43,532 nucleotides of DNA from NCBI GenBank assembly GCA_964603905.1, contig CAZRWH010000006.1, positions 3,224 to 46,755 on the forward strand, in the 5' to 3' direction. A program made the position numbers and the translations under genes. The notes below the pieces were generated by a model, which made no database searches, had not been told where the DNA came from, and saw nothing but the letters and a program-made list of their open reading frames with translations. The stretch is from an uncultured Candidatus Peribacteria bacterium (GTDB lineage Bacteria > Patescibacteriota > Gracilibacteria > UBA1369 > UBA12470). Shown in pieces: positions 24,851-32,348 of this stretch (within the stretch, counting starts at the first letter, position 1; each line of letters begins with the position of its first letter).

Positions 24851-24878
24851 TTTATAAAGTACACGAGAAGAGTATCAA
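24851..24878 (-). promoter_or_regulatory. possible promoter, TTGATA-N16-TATAAA
   Basis: The reverse complement of 24851-24878 is TTGATActcttctcgtgtacttTATAAA. The -35 box lies inside one copy of a 12-nt direct repeat. Confidence 0.4.
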
Positions 24879-24940
24879 GCATTATCTTTCAAGTATCAAG
24901 CATGAAAAATAAAAAACCACACCATCCTCTACCCTCTATT

Positions 24941-24989
24941 ATCTAATATCTGTCATCTGTCATCTGTCATCTAAAATCTGTCATCTAAC
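24941..24989. repeat. heptamer array ATCTAAT (ATCTGTC)x3 ATCTAAA ATCTGTC ATCTAAC
   Basis: Seven phase-locked units overlapping the stop codon (24985-24987) of the 231-aa lipoprotein gene. Confidence 0.9.
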
Positions 24990-25680
24990 TCCCCCAATCA
25001 AGAACCTCTGTAGCGACATAATCAACCTGCGCACTAAACCCTTTGTAATAACTCAATTCAAACCTCTCGCTGCCAGCAATTGGATCATCAAGTCCGATTT
25101 CAACATCCCAAACATCGCCATTCGGTTCTTGCATAAAAGGCAAAACCATATGCATAAAAGGACCTGGATCAGGAGAGACAGCCGACATACCACCATCACA
25201 CGAAATTGAAGGCATCAACATATCTAACTGAGGCAAGCTCGGCATATGGAATGTAATGTGATCTTCATATCCTTCGAAGTTACCATCTTCCCAAGCCTGA
25301 GTCCCTTGAGTCGCCATAATCGCATCAAGCTCGAAACTCCTAGGCTTGTAATCAATTTCTGAAAGAACAGCAACACAATCCTGAGTCGCAATACCATATT
25401 TTTGAGAAGTATAATCTGTTATTGCAATCGTGTTATTTTGATCAATAAGATTTCCATCAATATCAAACGTAAGTTCAATTCGGAAGTCACCCTTGCTAGT
25501 CCAAACCTGCATCCCTTCCGTCGTCATAGCCTCAGGATCAAAGTCGATATCAACCGTTCCTACCATTGTAAAAAGACGATTAACATCTTCCACTTCCCTG
25601 TCGTAATCCTCTTGAAGATCAGCACCTCCACATCCAGTCAGTAGCGCGCTAAGCGCCAAAATTGAAATTAGTTTTTTCAT
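24985..25680 (-). CDS. hypothetical lipoprotein (231 aa)
   Basis: MKKLISILALSALLTGC has a canonical lipobox (LTGC). Confidence 0.8.
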   Translation of the reverse strand: MKKLISILALSALLTGCGGADLQEDYDREVEDVNRLFTMVGTVDIDFDPEAMTTEGMQVWTSKGDFRIELTFDIDGNLIDQNNTIAITDYTSQKYGIATQDCVAVLSEIDYKPRSFELDAIMATQGTQAWEDGNFEGYEDHITFHMPSLPQLDMLMPSISCDGGMSAVSPDPGPFMHMVLPFMQEPNGDVWDVEIGLDDPIAGSERFELSYYKGFSAQVDYVATEVLDWGS

Positions 25681-25682
25681 GG

Positions 25683-25898
25683 TTAAATTGTTTTAGGTTT
25701 TCCGTTAACAAATGTTAAAACTCGAGCAAAACGTTTCCTGCTAGTACCTCCAGCAGCCCAAACAGCACGAGCACTCTGAACTTCCGCAATAGTAGACAAA
25801 AAATCACGCATCACCTCATCTTCCTCGGCACCTTCAACCTGCTCAGTCCCACCCATCAAATCATCAACATCCAAATCATCTTCACGTCGTTCACTCAT
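25683..25898 (-). CDS. small acidic hypothetical protein (71 aa)
   Basis: ATG-initiated ORF. Its stop is 2 nt upstream of the 231-aa lipoprotein start. Confidence 0.5.
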   Translation of the reverse strand: MSERREDDLDVDDLMGGTEQVEGAEEDEVMRDFLSTIAEVQSARAVWAAGGTSRKRFARVLTFVNGKPKTI

Positions 25899-25969
25899 AA
25901 ATGGTTATTTTAAAAACTAGGACCTAATCGTAACAAAGCAAAAAGCACCCAACAAGCAAAAACACCATG

Positions 25970-25998
25970 ACTACAACTACCACTACTCACTACAACTA
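25970..25998. repeat. ACTACN hexamer/heptamer repeat (actacaactaccactactcactacaactag)
   Basis: CTAC recurs at 6-7-nt spacing. The repeat overlaps the rpmG stop codon. It closely resembles the poly-Thr-coding tract at 35728-35755. Confidence 0.6.
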
Positions 25999-26169
25999 GC
26001 TCTTGGTATCCTTCCTCTTGTGAACAAGAGACCCGCGACAGTTCGAACAGTATTTTTTCTTAGTTTTCAGGGTAGTTTCGTTCTCTCTTTTGTTGTAAGT
26101 AGAGATGTAGTTACCCGCATTACATTTCTCGCAATACCATGTGCAGAATGTACTTTTTCCTCTAGCCAT
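25996..26169 (-). CDS. rpmG: 50S ribosomal protein L33 (57 aa; not in the supplied ORF track)
   Basis: Manual translation gives MARGKSTFCTWYCEKCNAGNYISTYNKRENETTLKTKKKYCSNCRGSLVHKRKDTKS. It has the CxxC...CxxC zinc ribbon and the KKYC..C......H.. L33 signature. Confidence 0.9.
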   Translation of the reverse strand: MARGKSTFCTWYCEKCNAGNYISTYNKRENETTLKTKKKYCSNCRGSLVHKRKDTKS

Positions 26170-26291
26170 AATTATTTTTAGATTAAAATTAAACTGTTTA
26201 GCGCATATCTTCTATCTGATAAACAGCTTTTTGTCAAAGGTAAACTTGGAAAATCACCCTTTTCAGCATAAACTTGGAACATACAAATTCC

Positions 26292-26310
26292 GTTTTCGCA
26301 TCACGAAAAC
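26292..26310. other. 7-bp hairpin GTTTTCG-CATCA-CGAAAAC preceding a heptamer array
   Basis: Perfect stem read directly. It is followed by AAAACACCATC and then heptamers. Confidence 0.5.
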
Positions 26311-26315
26311 ACCAT

Positions 26316-26350
26316 CACTGCTCTCTGCTGACTGCTGATTGCTGACTAAC
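26316..26350. repeat. heptamer array CACTGCT CTCTGCT GACTGCT GATTGCT GACTAAC
   Basis: Five phase-locked units ending 10 nt before the ATG at 26361. The first 17 nt are identical to 42587-42603. Confidence 0.85.
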
Positions 26351-26360
26351 AAAAACCAAA

Positions 26361-27629
26361 ATGAAAAAACTTATCATAAAGATCCTACTCGCCTCACTAA
26401 TTGCAGGGCTACTACCTCTACAAATTGCAGTAGCACACAATGACCACCTTGAAGACGAATACGAAACACACGAAGAATTAATAGAAGCAATTCTTTATGG
26501 TGAAAACGAAGAAGAACCTGTCCCAACACTATATGCAGTAGAATCGGCCTTAGAATTCTCAGTATTCACAAGATCATCTTGCGGACATTGCCAAGATCTA
26601 GAAGAGTTTTTGAGTTCAGATGAATACAAAGAAGAGGTGCCAAACGTAACACCGAAGTATTACCATCTCGAAAACTCAGAAACATACGAACTTTTCAAGG
26701 AATTTACAGATGAGAACGGCCTTGTAAGAGGAACTCCTGTTCTTTTAGTTGGAGATACGATAATTCAAGGGTTTGATAGCGGAGAAACCACTGGACAGTA
26801 CATAGTAGAATTGGCTCTAGAAATGACAGAAAACAGTTATTTCGAAGACTATGAAGATGGAGGAGAAAACATTGGAGAAGACGAAGTAATAGTTCATCTT
26901 CCATTGTTAGGAGAGATAGATCTCAAGATGTATTCGCTAGGATTGCTTGCTGTAGTACTCGGGTTTGTTGACGGATTCAACCCATGTGCAATGTGGGTAT
27001 TAATCATGTTCATCACATTGCTACTTCAGGCTGGAAACAAGCGCAAAATGTTCGAACTCGCAGGAATATTCGTAGTAGCTGAAACAGCTATGTACTACCT
27101 AATCCTTAACGTCTGGTATCAGACATGGGATTTCGTAAAACTAGACACGATAATAACACCAATAATCGGGTTAATATCAATAGGAGCAGGAGCATTTTTC
27201 TTGTATGAGTTCTTTACGAACAAAGACGGAGAATGCAAAGTCACTTCATCTGATCAAAAGATGAAAATCAGTGCACGAATCAAAGAGCTAGTGAACTCGC
27301 CGATGTCTATAGGAATCTTTTTCGCGACACTGGGACTAGCGCTTTCAGTTAACATTATTGAGTTTGCATGTTCTGTAGGTATCCCTCAGGCTTTCACAAA
27401 AATTCTCGACCTTAACGAATTAACCTGGCTAGTTAGGCAGGTATACATATTGATCTACACATTCTTCTATATGTTTGATGACTTCATCGTGTTTGCAATT
27501 GCACTTTGGAGCTTCCAATACCTGCATCTTACAACGAAATACACTCGTTACTGCTTAATCATTGGTGGAACAATCATGATTATTCTAGGATACTTCTTTA
27601 TCTTTGATCCAAGCGCTTTAGTGCTATAA
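26361..27629 (+). CDS. thiol:disulfide oxidoreductase fusion: secreted thioredoxin/glutaredoxin-fold domain (CGHC) plus DsbD/CcdA-like polytopic membrane domain
   Basis: Signal peptide. SSCGHCQDLEEFL (CxxC at nt 26580-26591). FVDGFNPCAMWVL and EFACSVGIPQ are Cys-containing TM helices, within ~6 predicted TM segments. Confidence 0.7.
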   Translation: MKKLIIKILLASLIAGLLPLQIAVAHNDHLEDEYETHEELIEAILYGENEEEPVPTLYAVESALEFSVFTRSSCGHCQDLEEFLSSDEYKEEVPNVTPKYYHLENSETYELFKEFTDENGLVRGTPVLLVGDTIIQGFDSGETTGQYIVELALEMTENSYFEDYEDGGENIGEDEVIVHLPLLGEIDLKMYSLGLLAVVLGFVDGFNPCAMWVLIMFITLLLQAGNKRKMFELAGIFVVAETAMYYLILNVWYQTWDFVKLDTIITPIIGLISIGAGAFFLYEFFTNKDGECKVTSSDQKMKISARIKELVNSPMSIGIFFATLGLALSVNIIEFACSVGIPQAFTKILDLNELTWLVRQVYILIYTFFYMFDDFIVFAIALWSFQYLHLTTKYTRYCLIIGGTIMIILGYFFIFDPSALVL

Positions 27630-27676
27630 CACGGATCTTTTGACAAATCCGCAAGTCGGTTTTGGCATAGCTAATA

Positions 27677-27705
27677 TTGACCTTATACAAGCGGTTTATT
27701 ACAAT
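27677..27705 (+). promoter_or_regulatory. sigma70-type promoter, TTGACC-N17-TACAAT
   Basis: TTGACCttatacaagcggtttatTACAAT. The -10 box lies 27 nt from the ATG at 27733. Confidence 0.65.
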
Positions 27706-27732
27706 TACACCCTACTTTAACAAAACACAATT

Positions 27733-28812
27733 ATGCCTGAAATCCCACAAAACGACACCGCGCCGACAGTAACAAGAGTGTCTCAATTGCCAGAAGATCT
27801 TCAGCAAAAAGCGCTAGCAGCAATACTAAGCTGCGAACTTTTGAAAGATGTTTTCATAAAACACCAAGGCAACGTAAGCGTTGGACCAGGTACAGACTCA
27901 GAAGAATTTCAGGCAGTAATAACCCAGCTGAGACGAGCAAATTTGGTGGAACGAGCACAAGAAATTTTATCAACTTGCAGTGCACGACTAGTAATGACTG
28001 AAGGAGAAAGACTGGTTAGCACAGACGGACACAGCGGGATATTAAACAATAGGAATCAAAGTTTCATTATCGCCGTTGATCCTCTTAAAATCCGAACAGA
28101 TGTAGCGCCAAACATCACCTACACATTGGAACCTGGCAAGGTACTAGGAGAAAGAGCACTTCTAGAACAAGACAGAGCTACAGATGTAGAATCAGCAGAA
28201 GGAGGATCATTCATTATTGTAGTAGACCATTTAGACCAATGGATGTCAGATGAAATGCTAAACGACGTCAAACTAAAAGCGCTAGCAAAAGGAGCTCTTA
28301 GACACGCTAACACAGCCTTAGAAATGACAGGAGGAGACGACAAGTCAATCAGCGAACCTGTACCTTTTGGACAACAAAGTTTCAGAGAATTCCTATCAAC
28401 AATTCTTCCACAAGAATTAACAATGCCAACAGCTCAAGAACTCGTATTCAACGCATTTGCAGAAATAGTACCAATCGAAGGACATGTATTCATACTTGAA
28501 GACGGAATTGTAAGAGCAATGAGCGAAGATGGACACACAACATACAAGAGGTTACAAGGCCCGACAATTCTGTACACAACTGTCGGAGCCGGCGGAGAAA
28601 AAACAGGGACAGTAAAGGCTGAAACAGCGGCAAGAGGATTCTATCTACCTTTAGCGGCAGCAACAGAAAGACATCCTGCGAAACAACGCGAATTGATCAG
28701 GATTATCAGCATTCTGACAGATATAGCGATCACAGATACCAATGCAAAAGCATCAGACCTGCAAAAAGAAGCCACAGTAATAACAGGTCAAATCGACAAA
28801 GTACTAACTTAA
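27733..28812 (+). CDS. hypothetical protein (359 aa) with cNMP-binding-like (CAP-fold) signature
   Basis: LEPGKVLGERALLEQDRATDVESAEGGSFIIV resembles the G-E-x-A-L...R-(S/T)-A-x-V-x-A phosphate-binding cassette (nt ~27985-28242). Confidence 0.45.
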   Translation: MPEIPQNDTAPTVTRVSQLPEDLQQKALAAILSCELLKDVFIKHQGNVSVGPGTDSEEFQAVITQLRRANLVERAQEILSTCSARLVMTEGERLVSTDGHSGILNNRNQSFIIAVDPLKIRTDVAPNITYTLEPGKVLGERALLEQDRATDVESAEGGSFIIVVDHLDQWMSDEMLNDVKLKALAKGALRHANTALEMTGGDDKSISEPVPFGQQSFREFLSTILPQELTMPTAQELVFNAFAEIVPIEGHVFILEDGIVRAMSEDGHTTYKRLQGPTILYTTVGAGGEKTGTVKAETAARGFYLPLAAATERHPAKQRELIRIISILTDIAITDTNAKASDLQKEATVITGQIDKVLT

Positions 28813-28823
28813 TACATCACAAT

Positions 28824-30320
28824 ATGGCACCAAACAAACCAGGGGGGAAACCGGACGGACACACTCGCATGGGAACAACAAAAATGGCAGGCAGAGACCT
28901 TAATGACGCAACTCAAGCACTTGATGAAGCAGACTCACTAGAAGCTGCATGGGCATCATTAATGAACGACGGCGAAACACCCAACACACCTGTACACAAC
29001 CCACGCGCGCCAAAAGATTTTGGTTTTGTAGGTGAAGAAAACAACACACCAGCAATCCAAAGCGGAGCCGACTTAATCTCACACGCAGCCCAAGAAGGAA
29101 CTACCCGACTAGAAACTGGAGATCTAGAGATGAGAAACGCCAACGAAACACTTTTAGCAAAACTCAACAAGCTTAGAGGTCCTGGACAAATTTTCGAAGA
29201 CGTGAGCGACGAAGGTATCGAGTTAATTTCAAAATTCGCAAGAACAACCGACATTTTCGAAGGAGATGTCGTAATTGGAACTGAAAAAACCTTCCAAGAT
29301 GCTGCACTCAGAGAAACCGGAATGGCCATTATTTTGAGTGACCAATTCAATATTGAAACACCAAGAGGAAACCTTCCAATAAAACAAGGTAGAACGCTTG
29401 GAGAACGAGGATTCCGTGGAGAAGAACGAGCAAACGAAGTAAAAGCAAAAACACCAGGAACGCTAATGCTGATAGATTCGAACCTCAAAGGACTTAGGTC
29501 TATGGGATTATCTATTGAAGACTCAAACGCAATTCGCCTTAACATCCTTAGAAACAGCTACCTAGAAAGCGCAAACAACAACTTGAGTTTCGTAGACCCT
29601 AGATTCAAGCCAGTTCTAGCAAGAGCATTGCAACCCCTGACAAGAATTCTTCAAGACGAAATTCTCACAACCAACGAACAACGCAGAAGACAGCTAGTCG
29701 ACCCCAAAAGACTTCCACATAGCAAATTAGTACCGAGAGAAGACAAGTACGAAGCACTTATAGTCTTAGATGGAAACTACCAAGGCCCTATTGTACAAGT
29801 TAGAAACAACGAATCAGGGGAAATAATCAGCGAAATCCTAGCACCTACAGTTCTATTCATTCTTAGGGCAGCAGGAATGCCAGTTGATCAGCTTTCTGCA
29901 CAACTTTTTGTAGAGCAAAAATTCTTCGCAACACCAGTAGAAGTAAGAGGATCAGACAGACCAGCAGACGAACAAGAAAAAGTTATCGAGATTCTGGAAA
30001 CAATCGAAAACACCCTTCTGAGCATAACAAATAAAACCTATGACGGATGGCTAAAAGAGCGAGAACTACGCAGAGCAGAAAGAGCGGTAGGTCAACAACC
30101 TAGGAGAAAAAAGAAGCCTGCAAAAAAGAAACCAGAAGCCCCAGAAAGCAAAGGGTTAGTCCAATCATTCGTTGATGACCAACGCGCACAAGCGCAAGAA
30201 CTTGTTGAATCTGCCAATAAAGGAACAATGTCATCGTGGCTTAGAACACAATGGGAAAGGTCTACAATCAAAGCAGCAATCAAGGCAATCGACGACTCAG
30301 ATAAACCGAGACGGAGATAG
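28824..30320 (+). CDS. hypothetical protein (498 aa) with cNMP-binding-like signature and a Lys/Arg-rich tail
   Basis: GERGFRGEERANEVKAKTPGTLMLI parallels CRP [20 protein letters not shown] (nt ~29181-29498). The C-terminus contains PRRKKKPAKKKPE. The gap from the upstream gene is 11 nt. Confidence 0.45.
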   Translation: MAPNKPGGKPDGHTRMGTTKMAGRDLNDATQALDEADSLEAAWASLMNDGETPNTPVHNPRAPKDFGFVGEENNTPAIQSGADLISHAAQEGTTRLETGDLEMRNANETLLAKLNKLRGPGQIFEDVSDEGIELISKFARTTDIFEGDVVIGTEKTFQDAALRETGMAIILSDQFNIETPRGNLPIKQGRTLGERGFRGEERANEVKAKTPGTLMLIDSNLKGLRSMGLSIEDSNAIRLNILRNSYLESANNNLSFVDPRFKPVLARALQPLTRILQDEILTTNEQRRRQLVDPKRLPHSKLVPREDKYEALIVLDGNYQGPIVQVRNNESGEIISEILAPTVLFILRAAGMPVDQLSAQLFVEQKFFATPVEVRGSDRPADEQEKVIEILETIENTLLSITNKTYDGWLKERELRRAERAVGQQPRRKKKPAKKKPEAPESKGLVQSFVDDQRAQAQELVESANKGTMSSWLRTQWERSTIKAAIKAIDDSDKPRRR

Positions 30321-30359
30321 TGTTAGTGAACAGTGGACAGTGGGCAGTGAACAGTGGAT
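30318..30359. repeat. heptamer array TAGTGTT AGTGAAC AGTGGAC AGTGGGC AGTGAAC AGTGGAT
   Basis: Six phase-locked units starting on the TAG stop of the 498-aa gene. This is the reverse complement of the CACTGTY family. Confidence 0.9.
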
Positions 30360-30480
30360 TCTTGGTGTACGATTTTTGCATACTAAAAATTTCCACCGCA
30401 GGAGGCTTCTTAATTACAAGCCACGAACTAACCTGCTCGTTTATACTCGCTTGCGGGTGGAGAGCTCCATCCTTACGTTA

Positions 30481-30587
30481 AGGTTTTAAATTAATTAAAC
30501 GAACATCTGCAACGCCACTATTTCATCCTGATCGTGAGATCAAGAGGAAGAGTAAGTGAAGCCGTTCGGAGAATTAATTTAAAACCT
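30481..30587. other. copy B of the repeated structured element: a 16-bp hairpin enclosing the conserved core
   Basis: AGGTTTTAAATTAATT (30481-30496) pairs perfectly with AATTAATTTAAAACCT (30572-30587). The core is 30514-30571. The right arm overlaps the stop codon of the ABC transporter gene. Confidence 0.65.
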
Positions 30588-32237
30588 AATAACTACATCG
30601 AACATATCAAGCAACGACAGACGATGCACAGAAGCAATAATCGTCTTGTCTTTGTATTTCCTGAATACGCCTTTTAGAATCGCCCGCTCATTTTCCATAT
30701 CAACGCTACTTGTAGGTTCGTCCATCAGAAGGATATCACTTTTCTCACCAGCAAGAAGTCCACGAGCAAGGGCAAGACGTTGCTTTTCCCCACCACTGAG
30801 ATTAACTCCTTTCTCGGCAATATTTGTTTCGAGTCCGGCAGGAAGACGCTTAAGAACAGATTTGAACCTAGCCAACCCCAGAACTTCTAAGATTTTTTTA
30901 CGAGGAATTTTAAGTCCCATTGAGACGTTGTATTCGATTGTATTTTCAAAAATTTCAGGCTCCTGAGGCATCAAAGTTGTCATGTTAGAAAGGTGCAAAA
31001 CACCGTGAGGCAGTTTTTTGCCATCAACATACAAATCACCTTTTGAGGCCTGAAAAATCCCACGCAAAAGTCCGAGAACCGTGCTTTTACCACAGCCACT
31101 TTCACCAACAAAAGCAATGCGTGCACCTCGAGGAATATCAAGTGAAAAATTCTTGATTTGATGCTTGATTTTCTTTTCATCTTCATAAGTAAAATATAGG
31201 CCTTCAACTCGAAGATTCTTCCATTTTTTAGGGGCACGTGCATTAACTTTGGCACCCATTTTGTCGTAATCCCGGAAGATGTTCTCGGCGGAAGCTACAG
31301 ATGCATCTTGCTCAACAATTTGACTGTATTTCCAAGCAAACTGATAGAAATTATGCCCAATCCTATCCATGTAAGCATAAAGCGTATACAAAGTACCAAT
31401 AACGATAACCTCGTCCGATTTCAAAGTACTAAAAATCTCCCAAGAAATAACACTGATAGACATAACCGTAATCCAGAAAGTCACACTAGCCCATTTGATC
31501 TCATTCACAATTGTTTTCTTCTTGAAAAGCTTGAAAGGAACATAGTGCCTTCTCATGGATTCCTTCACCGCAGCACTTTCAAAACGCATCGTCAAAACCG
31601 TTATTACATTCGACAAATAGTCATGAATCGCAGAAGCCGTTTTGTTGTACATTGAGTGAAGCCTCTTTGCGTATTTGAAGAGAACAATGTCGAACAAAAT
31701 AACAAAAGTAAAAGCCAAAGTTGCAGCAACAAGGACCGCAATACCGGCATAAGCTTTGATGAAGAATAGAAGAAAAAACGATCCAACAAGAGTCACAATG
31801 ATTTCAACAAGAACAAATATTTCCTCCGAAAAATCCATAAAAGCAAGGGCCGCACGATTCAATTTATCAATGTTTTTTCCAGAATGATTTCCACGATGCC
31901 ACTCAGCAGGAAGCCCAAAAAGAGCTTTCAATCCCGCCTCTCTATAATTCCCCATTACCCTATAAGCAAACACGCTTTCAAAAATTCTAGACACACCATG
32001 AAAAACCCAAAAAAGCACAGGCAAAGTACCAAGAATAATGAGCAGAAAAATAATTCTACGCCCCATATCTTCCCCACCAGTCTGCAGTACATCCAAAATC
32101 TTACCGAAAACATAAGGCTCAAAAAGAATAATTGTATTAGCAGTAATCGACAAAAACAGGAATAAAAACATGTTTTTTCTATGCCCCTGGGCATATTTCC
32201 ATGTATTCCTCAACATTGATGTAATTGGATTTCTCAT
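30579..32237 (-). CDS. ABC exporter, fused permease and ATPase (MsbA/type I exporter-like)
   Basis: N-terminal 6-TM region. Walker A is GESGCGKST, the ABC signature is LSGGEKQRLALARGL and Walker B is ILLMDEPTSSVD. The ATG at 32237 is preferred because the track's TTG at 32288 lies inside the -35 box. Confidence 0.9.
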   Translation of the reverse strand: MRNPITSMLRNTWKYAQGHRKNMFLFLFLSITANTIILFEPYVFGKILDVLQTGGEDMGRRIIFLLIILGTLPVLFWVFHGVSRIFESVFAYRVMGNYREAGLKALFGLPAEWHRGNHSGKNIDKLNRAALAFMDFSEEIFVLVEIIVTLVGSFFLLFFIKAYAGIAVLVAATLAFTFVILFDIVLFKYAKRLHSMYNKTASAIHDYLSNVITVLTMRFESAAVKESMRRHYVPFKLFKKKTIVNEIKWASVTFWITVMSISVISWEIFSTLKSDEVIVIGTLYTLYAYMDRIGHNFYQFAWKYSQIVEQDASVASAENIFRDYDKMGAKVNARAPKKWKNLRVEGLYFTYEDEKKIKHQIKNFSLDIPRGARIAFVGESGCGKSTVLGLLRGIFQASKGDLYVDGKKLPHGVLHLSNMTTLMPQEPEIFENTIEYNVSMGLKIPRKKILEVLGLARFKSVLKRLPAGLETNIAEKGVNLSGGEKQRLALARGLLAGEKSDILLMDEPTSSVDMENERAILKGVFRKYKDKTIIASVHRLSLLDMFDVVIRF

Positions 32238-32259
32238 ATTTGATATAATTCGAGAGAGG

Positions 32260-32288
32260 ATTATGCCACAAAACCACGCCCCAGGCAA
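32260..32288 (-). promoter_or_regulatory. sigma70-type promoter of the ABC exporter, TTGCCT-N17-TGgCATAAT
   Basis: The reverse complement of 32260-32288 is TTGCCTggggcgtggttttgtggCATAAT. Confidence 0.55.
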
Positions 32289-32294
32289 TGAGTA

Positions 32295-32323
32295 TTGACA
32301 ACCGCGCTAAAAGACATCATAAT
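32295..32323 (+). promoter_or_regulatory. sigma70-type promoter, TTGACA-N17-CATAAT
   Basis: TTGACAaccgcgctaaaagacatCATAAT. The -10 box lies 25 nt from the ATG at 32349. Confidence 0.6.
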
Positions 32324-32348
32324 TCCGCCTCAATTTAAAACACTAAAC

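Noticed and set aside
30393-30462. A cloverleaf-like multi-stem structure as a possible tRNA or tRNA-like gene.
   Set aside because: On either strand it lacks a GTTCRANNC T-loop, a conserved D-loop, a 7-nt anticodon loop and a 7-bp acceptor stem.
32238-32348. N-terminal extensions of the ABC exporter (TTG at 32288) and of the 633-aa lipoprotein (TTG at 32295), as listed in the ORF track.
   Set aside because: Both TTG codons fall inside the -35 hexamers of well-formed divergent promoters. The downstream ATGs give a normal ABC N-terminus and a canonical lipoprotein signal peptide.
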